Sequence record: NC_027349.1
From: Escherichia phage HY01
Strand: one strand, 5' to 3'
DNA: 64,000 bases
Both the position numbers and the translations under genes were made by a program. Below are positions 8,283-20,218 of this stretch, one piece after another. Under the pieces are notes generated by a model. That model saw only the letters and a program-made list of their open reading frames with translations, was not told the origin of the DNA and did no database searches. Within the stretch, counting starts at the first letter, position 1. Each line of letters opens with the position of its first letter.

Positions 8283-8995
8283 TATAGTACCTTTAGTGTA
8301 TTTTTAATTTTAGAAAAAAGTTCTTCAAGAGAACCATCGTTTGTAATTACTAAATCGCCATCACGAATTGGCAATCCAGCTTCTGTAATGTGTGTATCAT
8401 TGGATTTTTGACCAGGACGAACTACATGAATTACTGTAGCACCCATCGCCCTAGCCGCATCCATTTCATGATCTTGACGAGTATCAGGAACGATATAATA
8501 ATCATAACCTGAGTTAAATTTATCAAGATAATCTAAAGCAAATAATTTTACCCAATACATGCGGTCGAAGTTATTAACAATCAAATCCGTACCTAGGGCT
8601 TGCATCAGACGACGGACTGACCATTGATCTTCAATAGTATTTATAACGTCAGCAATCTTGTTAAATGCTACGAAATTAACTGCGTCATCAAAAACAAACA
8701 CACCTTTAATTGGGCTTTTACTATTAAGATAGCAAAATGCTTGTTCCATAATCGTAATTACTTCTAATTTAGTCAGATTTAAATTAGTTTCACGATCATA
8801 GTCAATTCCTTCAAACTCTTTACGAGTTAAACAAGGATAGTCAGTGTTTGCTGCAAATACGCCCCATGCATAAGCCAATGCATCCTTAATAGGACCAGCA
8901 AGTTGATATTTAACTGCAGAATAATTATTCATGATAAAATCTGCAGTAGTATCTTTTCCACTACGCTTTACACCACTTAAAAAGATTAGTTTCAT
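8282..8995 (-). CDS. 1: deoxynucleoside monophosphate kinase (gene 1; 237 aa)
   Basis: P-loop GVKRSGKDT; recalled near-identity to T4 gp1; synteny. Confidence 0.9.
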
Positions 8996-9020
8996 ATGTT
9001 TCTCCTCAAATTTAGTTAAG

Positions 9021-9044
9021 ATTATAACACATGAAACTGAAGCA
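9021..9044 (-). promoter_or_regulatory. middle-type promoter (MotA box TGCTTCA, about 11-nt spacer, -10 TATAAT) for gene 1
   Basis: minus strand TTAATGCTTCAGTTTCATGTGTTATAAT upstream of the start at 8995. Confidence 0.5.
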
Positions 9045-9575
9045 TTAAACTTCTGCTATAATTTTACCATCTTTTTCTACTTGAAAATACGTATAAGGAA
9101 TCGTTGCTGTACATACTAAAGCTGGGTCTGAATCTTCAGTGTAGCTAAATTCTACTTCAGACAGGTCAGAAACCCAAGGCTTATAAAAGTTTATTGACAT
9201 CACGATTTCAGTTTTACTATTATCTAAAATGTAAAGCGTAATGTATTCAGGACCTGTTTTTTGGGCAGTATTTTCGCCTGTAAGATAGTTACTAGTTCCT
9301 AGCATCCATTCATACATTCCTATCCACGACTTAAGCTCTTCATCAACTATAAATCTCACGATGAGTGGATCGTACTCAAATGTAACTCCTGGACGTTGTG
9401 CTCGGCCTAGTCCAAACGGCCCAGTCACGGTATCAGTAACAGGTATTCTAATTCCCGGAATAGGAACTGATTGAGCATTTAAAGTAAAAGCAGATGTAGT
9501 ATTACTATGTGGTATTGATACTACAAAGTTAGTTGTATTTGCTTGGTTAAAAATTTGTTGTAGTGCTTGCGACAT
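9045..9575 (-). CDS. 3: gp3 tail tube terminator / sheath stabiliser (176 aa from ATG at 9575; track ORF extends to 9656)
   Basis: MSQALQQIFNQ... start gives the T4 gp3 length of 176 aa. Confidence 0.85.
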   Translation of the reverse strand: MSQALQQIFNQANTTNFVVSIPHSNTTSAFTLNAQSVPIPGIRIPVTDTVTGPFGLGRAQRPGVTFEYDPLIVRFIVDEELKSWIGMYEWMLGTSNYLTGENTAQKTGPEYITLYILDNSKTEIVMSINFYKPWVSDLSEVEFSYTEDSDPALVCTATIPYTYFQVEKDGKIIAEV

Positions 9576-9681
9576 ATATTCCTCATAATGCTTTATAAAT
9601 GTTGGTGGTATAATGGGTCTAAGTCCCTTCCATTCAATTCCAATTAGAATAAACAATAGAAAAGAATGGAAGATAATAGAA

Positions 9682-10506
9682 TTAGATATTTGACCAGACT
9701 TTGTTTGCAGAGAAACGTTTTCCTTTTGAAACGAACTGCTGAAGTGGCATTAACACAACGTTCGCCCAGTCTTTCGGGGCGATTTCAACAAGGCTACCCA
9801 TAATATTACCGGGTATATATGCCTTAATCATTTGGTCTGCACCCCTAAATCCTTTCACTTGACTCCAATCAATTTTTAATTTCGTTTTATTAGTAATAGT
9901 AGGTGTATTTGAATATTGCTTTAAAAGCTCTTCTAAAAATTGCTGACGAGCTTTAGGTGGAATATAGTGCAAGTTCAATCCGTACATTAAATTATGTTTA
10001 CCTAAACCAAGGTAAATTATCAAAGGAAATTTATCCCAGTAAGGAAGAGTTTCCTTGTGTTTAGCATCATAAGCAAAAGCATATATTCGTCCCGGCTGCG
10101 GGCGAACAACTTTATGTCCTTTTACTTGCTTAATAGTTTCAGCAAACCACTTTCTGGTTTTATTATTAATTGCTGCGCCTTCATTACGAATTTTATCACG
10201 CAATGTTTGCCTGAATGAATTTATCATAAGCAGTTGTCTTTCTTGCTTATTGAGTTTATTCATTGGTTTTGATTCAAGCTTTTGAATCTTTTCAGCTGTT
10301 TTAATTCCTGAAGCATATTTTGACATTGCTGAAGTAAACGTAGAGTATTTGATTCCTCTTTCTTCGGCAAATTGCTTTCCTGTCATTCCTTTTGCTTTGG
10401 CCTTTCTGTATTCAAGACCTATCTGAATCCATTTCTTTTCGTTTAATGATTGCTTAACCTTTGGAACTTGGGGAGTGCTTTCATTAATTATTTGAAAAAT
10501 AGCCAT
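9682..10506 (-). CDS. 2: gp2 DNA end protector (274 aa)
   Basis: length and synteny match T4 gp2. Confidence 0.85.
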   Translation of the reverse strand: MAIFQIINESTPQVPKVKQSLNEKKWIQIGLEYRKAKAKGMTGKQFAEERGIKYSTFTSAMSKYASGIKTAEKIQKLESKPMNKLNKQERQLLMINSFRQTLRDKIRNEGAAINNKTRKWFAETIKQVKGHKVVRPQPGRIYAFAYDAKHKETLPYWDKFPLIIYLGLGKHNLMYGLNLHYIPPKARQQFLEELLKQYSNTPTITNKTKLKIDWSQVKGFRGADQMIKAYIPGNIMGSLVEIAPKDWANVVLMPLQQFVSKGKRFSANKVWSNI

Positions 10507-10958
10507 TATGCCCCCTTAAAGCCAAGAGCTCGTAATCCATCTTCTGTTAGAATTCTAAATTTTATTCCACGCTTTTCAGCTAAAGCTTGTGCTGCTTTCC
10601 ATTTGTCAGTATTAACGGAATATGTATAAATTTCATTCATAAATCTTTTCTTCGCTGCAGTTGTTAGATGTGCTGGTTTAACTGGTGGTTGTGTTTCTTT
10701 TTTAGGTTTTATTTCAATAAAAAATTCTTGACCAGAAGAATCTTTCATCCAAATATCCATGAAGTATCTACGTTTTTTCCCTTCTGCATTACAAAAATAA
10801 GGAATTACTGCTGTTTCACTACCCCATGCAATAATTTCTGGATTTTTATCTAACCATTCAAAAAAGAATTTTTCCCAATTTGATCTATACGTAATTTTTT
10901 TAGGGTCACCTCTATATTTTGATATATTTTTAGGAACCCATTTTCCAGAATATGCCAT
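10506..10958 (-). CDS. 4: gp4 head completion protein (150 aa)
   Basis: length and synteny match T4 gp4. Confidence 0.85.
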   Translation of the reverse strand: MAYSGKWVPKNISKYRGDPKKITYRSNWEKFFFEWLDKNPEIIAWGSETAVIPYFCNAEGKKRRYFMDIWMKDSSGQEFFIEIKPKKETQPPVKPAHLTTAAKKRFMNEIYTYSVNTDKWKAAQALAEKRGIKFRILTEDGLRALGFKGA

Positions 10959-10969
10959 TGGATTCTCCT

Positions 10970-10977
10970 TATAAATA
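10970..10977 (+). promoter_or_regulatory. late promoter TATAAATA for gene 53
   Basis: exact TATAAATA 29 nt upstream of the gene 53 ATG. Confidence 0.6.
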
Positions 10978-10984
10978 GATAATA

Positions 10985-10992
10985 TATTTATA
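10985..10992 (-). promoter_or_regulatory. late promoter TATAAATA (minus strand) for genes 4-2, divergent from the gene 53 promoter
   Basis: plus TATTTATA is TATAAATA on the minus strand, upstream of the start at 10958. Confidence 0.55.
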
Positions 10993-11005
10993 AACAGGAG
11001 GGCCC

Positions 11006-11596
11006 ATGCTCTTTACATTTTTTGATCCGATTGAATATGCGGCCAAAACGGTGAATAAAAACGCGCCGACTATTCCTATGACAGATATTTTTAGAAACTA
11101 TAAAGACTATTTCAAACGTGCTCTTGCGGGATACCGCTTACGTACTTATTATATTAAAGGTTCACCACGCCCGGAAGAATTAGCAAATGCTATATATGGA
11201 AATCCGCAGTTGTATTGGGTTTTATTGATGTGTAATGATAATTATGATCCGTATTATGGATGGATTACTTCGCAAGAAGCTGCTTATCAAGCATCTATAC
11301 AAAAATATAAAAACGTAGGTGGAGACCAAATAGTATATCATGTGAATGAGAACGGTGAAAAATTTTATAATTTAATATCATATGATGATAATCCATATGT
11401 TTGGTATGACAAAGGTGATAAAGCTAGAAAATATCCTCAATATGAAGGAGCACTTGCTGCGGTCGATACGTATGAAGCTGCTGTTCTTGAAAATGAAAAA
11501 CTTCGTCAAATAAAAATAATAGCAAAATCAGACATCAATTCATTTATGAACGACCTTATACGTATAATGGAGAAATCTTATGGAAATGATAAGTAA
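11006..11596 (+). CDS. 53: gp53 baseplate wedge protein (196 aa)
   Basis: length and synteny match T4. Confidence 0.9.
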   Translation: MLFTFFDPIEYAAKTVNKNAPTIPMTDIFRNYKDYFKRALAGYRLRTYYIKGSPRPEELANAIYGNPQLYWVLLMCNDNYDPYYGWITSQEAAYQASIQKYKNVGGDQIVYHVNENGEKFYNLISYDDNPYVWYDKGDKARKYPQYEGALAAVDTYEAAVLENEKLRQIKIIAKSDINSFMNDLIRIMEKSYGNDK

Positions 11597-13307
11597 TAAC
11601 CTTAATTGGTTTGTTGGTGTTGTTGAAGATAGAATGGACCCATTAAAATTAGGTCGTGTTCGTGTTCGTGTGGTTGGTCTGCATCCACCTCAAAGAGCAC
11701 AAGGCGACGTAATGGGTATTCCAACTGATAAATTACCATGGATGTCAGTTATTCAACCTATAACTTCTGCAGCAATGTCTGGAATTGGAGGCTCCGTTAC
11801 TGGTCCGGTAGAAGGAACTAGAGTTTATGGTCATTTTTTGGACAAATGGAAAACTAACGGAATTGTCCTTGGCACGTATGGTGGAATAGTTCGCGAAAAG
11901 CCTAATAGACTTGAAGGATTTTCTGACCCGACTGGACAGTATCCTAGACGTCTAGGAAATGATACTAACGTATTAAACCAAGGTGGAGAAGTAGGATATG
12001 ATTCGTCTTCTAATATTATTCAAGATAGTAATCTAGACACTGCGATAAATCCTGATGATAGACCGCTATCAGAGATTCCAACTGATGATAATCCAAATAT
12101 GTCAATGGCTGAAATGCTTCGCCGTGATGAAGGATTAAGACTAAAAGTTTATTGGGATACTGAAGGATATCCGACAATTGGCATTGGTCATCTTATCATG
12201 AAGCAGCCAGTTCGTGATATGACTCAAATTAATAAAGTTTTATCAAAACAAGTTGGTCGTGAAATTACCGGAAATCCAGGTTCTATTACAATGGAAGAAG
12301 CGGTAACTTTATTTGAACGCGATTTGGCTGATATGCAACGTGACATTAAATCACATTCTAAAGTTGGCCCAGTTTGGCAAGCAGTTAATCGTTCTCGTCA
12401 AATGGCATTAGAAAATATGGCATTTCAGATGGGTGTTGGCGGTGTAGCTAAATTTAACACAATGTTAACTGCTATGTTAGCCGGAGATTGGGAAAAGGCA
12501 TATAAAGCTGGTCGTGATTCATTGTGGTATCAACAAACAAAAGGCCGTGCATCCCGTGTTACCATGATTATTCTTACCGGGAATTTGGAATCATATGGTA
12601 TTGAAGTCAAAACACCGGCTAGGTCTTTGTCAGCAATGGCTGCTACTGTAGCAAAGTCTTCTGATCCAGCTGATCCTCCTATTCCGAATGATTCGAGAAT
12701 TTTATTTAAAGAACCTGTTTCTTCATATAAAGGTGAATATCCGTATGTTCACACAATGGAAACTGAAAGCGGTCATATTCAGGAATTTGATGATACCCCT
12801 GGGCAAGAACGATACAGATTAGTTCATCCGACTGGAACATATGAGGAAGTATCGCCTTCAGGAAGAAGAACAAGAAAAACTGTTGATAATTTGTATGATA
12901 TAACAAATGCTGATGGTAATTTTTTGGTAGCTGGCGATAAAAAGACTAACGTCGGTGGATCAGAAATTTATTACAACATGGATAATCGTCTTCACCAAAT
13001 AGATGGAAGCAATACAATATTTGTACGTGGCGATGAAACTAAGACGGTTGAAGGTAATGGAACTATCCTAGTCAAAGGTAATGTTACTATTGTAGTTGAA
13101 GGTAATGCTGACATTACAGTTAAAGGAGATGCTACCACTTTAGTTGAAGGAAATCAGACTAATACAGTAAATGGAAATCTTTCTTGGAAAGTTGCTGGGA
13201 CAGTTGATTGGGACGTTGGTGGTGATTGGACAGAAAAAATGGCATCTATGAGTTCTATTTCATCTGGTCAATACACAATTGATGGATCGAGGATTGACAT
13301 TGGCTAA
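11580..13307 (+). CDS. 5: gp5 baseplate hub / cell-puncturing protein with lysozyme domain (575 aa)
   Basis: internal lysozyme motif DEGLRLKVYWDTEGYPTIGIGHL; C-terminal VxGxxxxx beta-helix repeats; length 575 as in T4. Confidence 0.95.
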   Translation: MEMISNNLNWFVGVVEDRMDPLKLGRVRVRVVGLHPPQRAQGDVMGIPTDKLPWMSVIQPITSAAMSGIGGSVTGPVEGTRVYGHFLDKWKTNGIVLGTYGGIVREKPNRLEGFSDPTGQYPRRLGNDTNVLNQGGEVGYDSSSNIIQDSNLDTAINPDDRPLSEIPTDDNPNMSMAEMLRRDEGLRLKVYWDTEGYPTIGIGHLIMKQPVRDMTQINKVLSKQVGREITGNPGSITMEEAVTLFERDLADMQRDIKSHSKVGPVWQAVNRSRQMALENMAFQMGVGGVAKFNTMLTAMLAGDWEKAYKAGRDSLWYQQTKGRASRVTMIILTGNLESYGIEVKTPARSLSAMAATVAKSSDPADPPIPNDSRILFKEPVSSYKGEYPYVHTMETESGHIQEFDDTPGQERYRLVHPTGTYEEVSPSGRRTRKTVDNLYDITNADGNFLVAGDKKTNVGGSEIYYNMDNRLHQIDGSNTIFVRGDETKTVEGNGTILVKGNVTIVVEGNADITVKGDATTLVEGNQTNTVNGNLSWKVAGTVDWDVGGDWTEKMASMSSISSGQYTIDGSRIDIG

Positions 13308-13317
13308 TATACTTCCA

Positions 13318-13836
13318 ATGAGCGCTGATTTAGGAGAATCCATGGAAGGTTCTTCTATCGACGTCACCTTTACCGCTCAATTAGAAACAGGTGAAACGTT
13401 AGTATCTATAAATATAACTAGTTACGAAGAAACTCCTGGGGTTTTAGTAGAAGAAAATCGTTTATATGGAACGTATGAATCTGTATTTGGATTTGGAAAT
13501 GATGCGTTGAAATATCGTTTAGATAATGAATTTAAAACTGCTGCTTCATGGGAAGAACTTCCAACTGATTCTAACACTCAGTTATATTTATGGAAAGCTC
13601 CTCAAAACCTCCAGAAGACATTCACTTACGAAGTAACATTAATATATGACTATCAAGAACAAGGTGAATCTGGAGGTTCTGGCAGTAATTCTAGGTCATC
13701 TTCTGATACTACTGAACCGACGAATCCTCCAGCTCCAATAAGAAAAACTCTTGTTAAAAATTATACAAAAACTATAGTTGGAAATTGGAGTCGTTGGGCT
13801 AATAAATTGAGAAGCTACGTGTATGAGAGGCCATAA
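13318..13836 (+). CDS. gp5.1-like protein (start uncertain: ATG candidates at 13282, 13318, 13342)
   Basis: ORF between 5 and 5.4. Confidence 0.55.
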
Positions 13837-14130
13837 ATGTCAGGATTAAGTTATGATAAGTGTGTTACTGCCGGCCATGAAGCATGGCCTCCAACAGTTG
13901 TGAATGCTACGCAAAGTAAAGTATTCACTGGAGGAATTGCTGTTCTCGTAGCAGGTGATCCAATTACAGAACATACAGAAATTAAAAAGCCATATGAAAC
14001 ACATGGCGGAGTGACACAACCTAGAACTTCTAAGGTATATGTCACTGGAAAGAAAGCTGTTCAAATGGCTGATCCAATATCATGCGGTGATACAGTGGCT
14101 CAGGCATCATCTAAAGTATTCATTAAATAG
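13837..14130 (+). CDS. 5.4: gp5.4 PAAR-repeat spike tip protein (97 aa)
   Basis: 97 aa as T4 gp5.4; position after gene 5. Confidence 0.85.
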
Positions 14131-14138
14131 GATTTAAA

Positions 14139-16121
14139 ATGGCAAATACCCCTGTAAATTATCAATTAACAAGAACAGCAAATGCTATTCCCGAGATATT
14201 CGTCGGGGGTACATTTGCTGAAATAAAACAAAACCTCATTGAATGGCTTAATGGCCAAAATGAATTTTTGGATTATGATTTTGAAGGCTCAAGATTAAAC
14301 GTTCTGTGCGACCTTTTGGCTTATAATACATTATACATTCAGCAGTTTGGTAATGCTGCCTTGTATGAAAGCTTTATGCGTACTGCTAATTTGCGTAGTT
14401 CAGTAGTTCAAGCTGCACAAGATAATGGATATTTACCTACTTCAAAATCAGCTGCTCAAACTGAAATTATGCTAACTTGTACAGATGCATTGAATAGAAA
14501 TTACATTACTATTCCTCGCGGTACTCGCTTTTTAGCATATGCAAAAGATACTTCCGTTAATCCTTACAACTTTGTATCTACCGAAGATGTTATTGCTATT
14601 CGCGATAAAAATAACCAATATTTTCCACGTTTAAAATTAGCCCAGGGGCGTATAGTAAGAACTGAAATCATTTATGATAAATTAACACCTATTATCATTT
14701 ATGACAAAAATATAGATAGAAACCAAGTTAAACTATACGTTGATGGAGCAGAATGGATTAACTGGACAAGAAAGTCAATGGTTCATGCTGGTTCTACATC
14801 AACAATTTACTACATGCGTGAAACTATTGATGGAAATACTGAGTTTTATTTTGGTGAAGGCGAGATTTCTGTTAATGCGGCAGAAGGAGCATTGACTGCT
14901 AATTATATTGGAGGTCTTAAACCTACCCAGAACTCTACGATTGTTATTGAGTACATCAGTACTAACGGTGCAGATGCGAATGGCGCAGTCGGATTTTCAT
15001 ATGCAGATACATTAACAAATATAACTGTCATCAACATTAATGAAAATCCAAACGATGACCCAGATTTTGTTGGGGCAGATGGCGGCGGCGATCCAGAAGA
15101 TATTGAACGTATTCGCGAATTGGGTACTATTAAACGTGAAACCCAGCAACGCTGCGTAACTGCGACTGACTATGATACATTCGTTTCAGAGAGATTTGGT
15201 TCTATTATTCAAGCAGTTCAGACGTTCACTGATTCTACTAAACCTGGTTATGCATTTATTGCTGCTAAACCTAAATCAGGTCTGTATTTAACTACCGTAC
15301 AGCGTGAAGATATTAAAAATTATCTCAAAGACTATAATTTAGCTCCTATTACACCGTCAATTATTTCTCCTAATTATCTTTTTATTAAGACTAATTTAAA
15401 AGTCACATATGCTTTAAATAAGCTGCAAGAATCCGAACAGTGGCTTGAAGGTCAAATAATTGATAAAATTGATCGCTATTATACCGAAGATGTAGAAATT
15501 TTTAACTCATCTTTCGCTAAATCTAAGATGTTGACATATGTAGATGATGCAGATCATTCTATCATTGGCTCATCAGCGACAATTCAAATTGTTCGTGAAG
15601 TACAAAACTTCTATAAAACGCCTGAAGCAGGTATTAAATACAATAATCAAATAAAAGATCGTTCTATGGAATCTAATACGTTTTCATTTAATTCTGGACG
15701 AAAGGTTGTAAATCCTGATACTGGTTTAGAAGAAGATGTATTATATGACGTTCGCATAGTATCAACAGACCGAGATTCTAAAGGAATTGGTAAAGTTATT
15801 ATTGGTCCATTTGCTTCTGGCGATGTTACAGAAAATGAAAACATTCAGCCATATACAGGCAACGATTTTAACAAATTAGCAAATTCTGATGGACGCGACA
15901 AATACTATGTTATCGGTGAAATAAATTATCCAGCTGATGTGATTTATTGGAATATCGCTAAAATTAATTTAACATCTGAAAAATTTGAAGTTCAGACCAT
16001 CGAATTATATTCTGACCCAACCGATGATGTTATCTTTACTCGCGACGGTTCACTGATTGTATTTGAAAATGACTTACGTCCACAATACTTAACTATCGAT
16101 TTGGAGCCTATATCACAATGA
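14139..16121 (+). CDS. 6: gp6 baseplate wedge (660 aa)
   Basis: length and synteny. Confidence 0.9.
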   Translation: MANTPVNYQLTRTANAIPEIFVGGTFAEIKQNLIEWLNGQNEFLDYDFEGSRLNVLCDLLAYNTLYIQQFGNAALYESFMRTANLRSSVVQAAQDNGYLPTSKSAAQTEIMLTCTDALNRNYITIPRGTRFLAYAKDTSVNPYNFVSTEDVIAIRDKNNQYFPRLKLAQGRIVRTEIIYDKLTPIIIYDKNIDRNQVKLYVDGAEWINWTRKSMVHAGSTSTIYYMRETIDGNTEFYFGEGEISVNAAEGALTANYIGGLKPTQNSTIVIEYISTNGADANGAVGFSYADTLTNITVININENPNDDPDFVGADGGGDPEDIERIRELGTIKRETQQRCVTATDYDTFVSERFGSIIQAVQTFTDSTKPGYAFIAAKPKSGLYLTTVQREDIKNYLKDYNLAPITPSIISPNYLFIKTNLKVTYALNKLQESEQWLEGQIIDKIDRYYTEDVEIFNSSFAKSKMLTYVDDADHSIIGSSATIQIVREVQNFYKTPEAGIKYNNQIKDRSMESNTFSFNSGRKVVNPDTGLEEDVLYDVRIVSTDRDSKGIGKVIIGPFASGDVTENENIQPYTGNDFNKLANSDGRDKYYVIGEINYPADVIYWNIAKINLTSEKFEVQTIELYSDPTDDVIFTRDGSLIVFENDLRPQYLTIDLEPISQ

Positions 16122-19100
16122 CAGTAAAAGCACCTTCAGTCACTAGTCTCAGAATTTCCAAGTTATCCGCAAATCAGGTGCAAGTACGCTGGGATGACGT
16201 TGGTGCTAATTTCTACTATTTTGTAGAAATCGCTGAGACAAAAACGAACTCGGGGGAAAATCTCCCGAGTAATCAATACAGATGGATTAACTTAGGATAT
16301 ACTGCAAATAACAGCTTCTTTTTTGATGATGCTGACCCATTGACATCATACATTATCAGAGTAGCTACAGCTGCGCAAGATTTTGAGCAGTCTGATTGGA
16401 TTTATACTGAAGAGTTTGAAACTTTTGCTACAAATGCTTATACATTTCAAAACATGATTGAAATGCAATTAGCCAATAAATTCATTCAGGAAAAATTTAC
16501 TCTTAATAATTCTGATTATGTCAATTTTAATAATGACACTATAATGGCTGCATTGATGAATGAATCTTTTCAATTCAGTCCATCATATGTTGATGTTTCA
16601 TCAATAAGCAATTTTATTATTGGTGAAAATGAGTATCATGAAATACAAGGTTCTATTCAGCAAGTATGTAAGGATATTAACCGAGTTTATTTGATGGAAT
16701 CAGAAGGGATTTTATACCTTTTTGAGCGTTATCAACCTGTAGTTAAAGTATCCAATGATAAAGGACAAACATGGAAAGCTGTAAAGCTCTTCAATGACCG
16801 CGTAGGATATCCTTTATCTAAGACAGTATATTACCAATCTGCGAACACAACATACGTTCTAGGATACGACAAGATTTTCTATGGCCGCAAATCGACTGAT
16901 GTTAGATGGTCAGCTGATGATGTCAGATTTAGTTCTCAGGATATAACATTCGCTAAACTTGGCGACCAATTACATTTAGGATTTGATGTAGAAATTTTTG
17001 CCACTTACGCGACTTTACCAGCGAATGTATATCGCATTGCAGAAGCTATTACTTGCACCGATGATTACATTTACGTTGTCGCCAGAGACAAAGTTAGATA
17101 CATAAAAACGAGCAATGCACCTATAGATTCTGATCCATTATCTCCAACATATTCGGAAAGGCTTTTTGAACCTGATATAATGACTATAACCGGAAATCCT
17201 AAAGCAGTATGCTATAAAATGGATTCTATCGGTGATAAAGTTTTTGCTCTTATTATTGGTGAAGTTGAAACATTAAATGCTAATCCTAGAACATCAAAAA
17301 TAATTGATTCTGCTGATAAAGGAATATATGTTTTAAATCACGACACAAAAACGTGGAAAAGAGTTTTTGGCAACACTGAAGAAGAAAGAAGACGTATTCA
17401 ACCAGGGTACGCGAATATGTCAACTGACGGTAAATTAGTTTCTCTATCATCGAGTAATTTTAAATTTTTAAGTGATAATGTTGTTAATGACCCTGAAACT
17501 GCAGCAAAATATCAGTTAATCGGTGCTGTTAAATATGAATTTCCTCGTGAATGGTTAGCTGATAAGCATTATCATATGATGGCATTTATAGCAGATGAAA
17601 AGTCTGACTGGGAAACTTTTGCTCCTCAGCCGATGAAATACTACGCAGAACCGTTCTTTAACTGGTCTAAAAAATCTAACACACGTTGTTGGATAAACAA
17701 CTCCGATAGGGTTGTAGTAGTTTATGCTGATTTAAAATACACTAAAGTTATAGAAAATATTCCGGAAACATCACCAGATAGATTAGTTCATGAATACTGG
17801 GATGATGGCGATTGTACTATAGTAATGCCAAATGTTAAATTCACTGGATTTAAAAAATATGCATCTGGGATGCTTTTCTATAAAGCCTCTGGCGAAATAA
17901 TTTCTTACTATGATTTTAACTATCGTGTTAGAGACACTGTCGAAATTATTTGGAAGCCAACTGAAGTATTTTTAAAAGCATTTTTACAAAACCAAGAGCA
18001 TGAAACTCCTTGGTCGCCTGAAGAAGAGCGTGGATTAGCTGACCCTGATTTAAGACCATTGATTGGCACAATGATGCCTGATTCTTATTTGTTGCAGGAT
18101 TCGAATTTTGAGGCATTTTGCGAAGCATATATTCAATATCTTTCTGATGGATATGGAACTCAGTATAACAATTTACGAAATTTAATTCGTAACAAATATC
18201 CACGAGAAGAGCATGCGTGGGAGTATTTGTGGTCAGAGATATATAAAAGAAACATTTATTTAAATGCTGACAAACGTGATGCTGTTGCAAGATTTTTCGA
18301 ATCACGTAGCTATGATTTTTATTCTACTAAAGGAATTGAAGCATCATACAAATTTCTTTTTAAAGTTCTTTATAATGAAGAGGTTGAAATTGAAATTGAA
18401 TCTGGGGCTGGTACTGAATATGATATAATCGTTCAATCTGATTCTTTGACTGAAGACTTAGTAGGACAAACGATTTATACAGCTACAGGAAGATGTAATG
18501 TTACTTATATAGAAAGAAGCTATTCTAATGGTAAATTGCAATGGACCGTAACTATTCATAATCTTTTGGGAAGATTGATTGCTGGTCAAGAAGTTAAAGC
18601 AGAAAGACTTCCTAGTTTTGAAGGCGAAATTATTCGTGGGGTTAAAGGAAAGGATTTGCTTCAAAATAATATAGACTATATTAATAGAAGTCGATCATAT
18701 TATGTAATGAAAATTAAATCCAATTTACCTTCTTCCCGCTGGAAATCTGACGTTATTCGTTTTGTTCATCCAGTAGGATTTGGATTTATAGCAATTACCC
18801 TTTTAACGATGTTTATTAATGTTGGTTTAACTCTTAAACATACAGAGACCATAATTAATAAATACAAAAACTATAAATGGGATTCTGGATTGCCTACTGA
18901 ATATGCTGATAGAGTAGCTAAATTGACTCCGACTGGTGAAATTGAGCATGATTCGGTAACAGGCGAAGCAATTTATGAGCCTGGCCCAATGGCTGGTGTA
19001 GAATATCCTCTTCCTGATGACTATAATACTGAAAATAACAATTCAATATTTCAAGGTCAATTGCCTTCTGAACGACGCAAATTAATGAGTCCTCTATTTG

Positions 19101-19216
19101 ACGCATCTGGAACAACGTTTGCGCAATTTAGAGATTTAGTTAATAAACGTCTAAAAGATAATATAGAAAATCCAAGAGACCCTGAAAATCCAACACAGGT
19201 TAAAATAGATGAATGA
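16118..19216 (+). CDS. 7: gp7 baseplate wedge (1032 aa)
   Basis: length and synteny; ATGA overlap with gene 6. Confidence 0.9.
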   Translation: MTVKAPSVTSLRISKLSANQVQVRWDDVGANFYYFVEIAETKTNSGENLPSNQYRWINLGYTANNSFFFDDADPLTSYIIRVATAAQDFEQSDWIYTEEFETFATNAYTFQNMIEMQLANKFIQEKFTLNNSDYVNFNNDTIMAALMNESFQFSPSYVDVSSISNFIIGENEYHEIQGSIQQVCKDINRVYLMESEGILYLFERYQPVVKVSNDKGQTWKAVKLFNDRVGYPLSKTVYYQSANTTYVLGYDKIFYGRKSTDVRWSADDVRFSSQDITFAKLGDQLHLGFDVEIFATYATLPANVYRIAEAITCTDDYIYVVARDKVRYIKTSNAPIDSDPLSPTYSERLFEPDIMTITGNPKAVCYKMDSIGDKVFALIIGEVETLNANPRTSKIIDSADKGIYVLNHDTKTWKRVFGNTEEERRRIQPGYANMSTDGKLVSLSSSNFKFLSDNVVNDPETAAKYQLIGAVKYEFPREWLADKHYHMMAFIADEKSDWETFAPQPMKYYAEPFFNWSKKSNTRCWINNSDRVVVVYADLKYTKVIENIPETSPDRLVHEYWDDGDCTIVMPNVKFTGFKKYASGMLFYKASGEIISYYDFNYRVRDTVEIIWKPTEVFLKAFLQNQEHETPWSPEEERGLADPDLRPLIGTMMPDSYLLQDSNFEAFCEAYIQYLSDGYGTQYNNLRNLIRNKYPREEHAWEYLWSEIYKRNIYLNADKRDAVARFFESRSYDFYSTKGIEASYKFLFKVLYNEEVEIEIESGAGTEYDIIVQSDSLTEDLVGQTIYTATGRCNVTYIERSYSNGKLQWTVTIHNLLGRLIAGQEVKAERLPSFEGEIIRGVKGKDLLQNNIDYINRSRSYYVMKIKSNLPSSRWKSDVIRFVHPVGFGFIAITLLTMFINVGLTLKHTETIINKYKNYKWDSGLPTEYADRVAKLTPTGEIEHDSVTGEAIYEPGPMAGVEYPLPDDYNTENNNSIFQGQLPSERRKLMSPLFDASGTTFAQFRDLVNKRLKDNIENPRDPENPTQVKIDE

Positions 19217-20213
19217 TTCAAGTGTTATCTATCGTGCGATAGTTACTTCAAAATTTAGAACAGAAAAAATGTTGAATTTTTATAATTCAATTGGAAGTGG
19301 TCCGGATAAAAACACTATCTTTATCACATTTGGAAGATCAGAACCGTGGTCATCAAATGAAAATGAGGTGGGCTTTGCTCCACCTTATCCAACTGATTCT
19401 GTATTGGGTGTAACTGACATGTGGACTCATATGATGGGAACCGTAAAGGTTCTTCCATCTATGCTTGATGCGGTTATTCCTCGTAGAGATTGGGGAGATA
19501 CTAGATATCCGGATCCATACACATTTAGAATTAACGATATTGTGGTGTGTAACTCAGCTCCTTACAATGCTACTGAATCAGGCGCAGGCTGGTTAGTATA
19601 TCGTTGTTTAGATGTTCCTGATACCGGAACGTGTTCAATAGCATCTTTAACTAATAAGGATGAATGTCTTAAGTTAGGTGGAAAATGGACTCCTTCTGTT
19701 AGGTCAATGACTCCTCCTGAAGGTCGAGGAGACGCTGAAGGAACAATCGAACCCGGCGACGGTTATGTTTGGGAATATCTTTTTGAGATTCCGCCTGATG
19801 TATCTATAAATAGATGCACGAATGAATATATCGTAGTTCCTTGGCCTGAGGAATTAAAAGAAGACCCTGCTAGATGGGGGTATGAAGATAATCTCACTTG
19901 GCAACAAGATGATTTTGGATTAATTTACCGTGTTAAGGCAAATACTATCCGTTTTAAAGCATATTTAGATTCAGTTTACTTTCCTGATGCTGCATTACCG
20001 GGAAATAAAGGATTTAGACAAATATCAATAATCACCAATCCTCTTGAAGCTAAAGTTCATCCAAATGACCCAAACGTTAAAGCTGAAAAGGATTATTATG
20101 ATCCGGAAGATTTAATGAGGCATTCGGGCGAAATGATTTATATGGAAAATAGGCCACCTATTATCATGGCAATGGATCAAACAGAAGAAATCAATATTCT
20201 GTTTACATTTTAA
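19209..20213 (+). CDS. 8: gp8 baseplate wedge (334 aa)
   Basis: length and synteny. Confidence 0.9.
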   Translation: MNDSSVIYRAIVTSKFRTEKMLNFYNSIGSGPDKNTIFITFGRSEPWSSNENEVGFAPPYPTDSVLGVTDMWTHMMGTVKVLPSMLDAVIPRRDWGDTRYPDPYTFRINDIVVCNSAPYNATESGAGWLVYRCLDVPDTGTCSIASLTNKDECLKLGGKWTPSVRSMTPPEGRGDAEGTIEPGDGYVWEYLFEIPPDVSINRCTNEYIVVPWPEELKEDPARWGYEDNLTWQQDDFGLIYRVKANTIRFKAYLDSVYFPDAALPGNKGFRQISIITNPLEAKVHPNDPNVKAEKDYYDPEDLMRHSGEMIYMENRPPIIMAMDQTEEINILFTF

Positions 20214-20218
20214 ATTAA

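Noticed and set aside
13846-14064. Minus-strand ORFs antisense to gene 5.4
   Set aside because: Fully embedded antisense to a conserved structural gene, with no translation signals.
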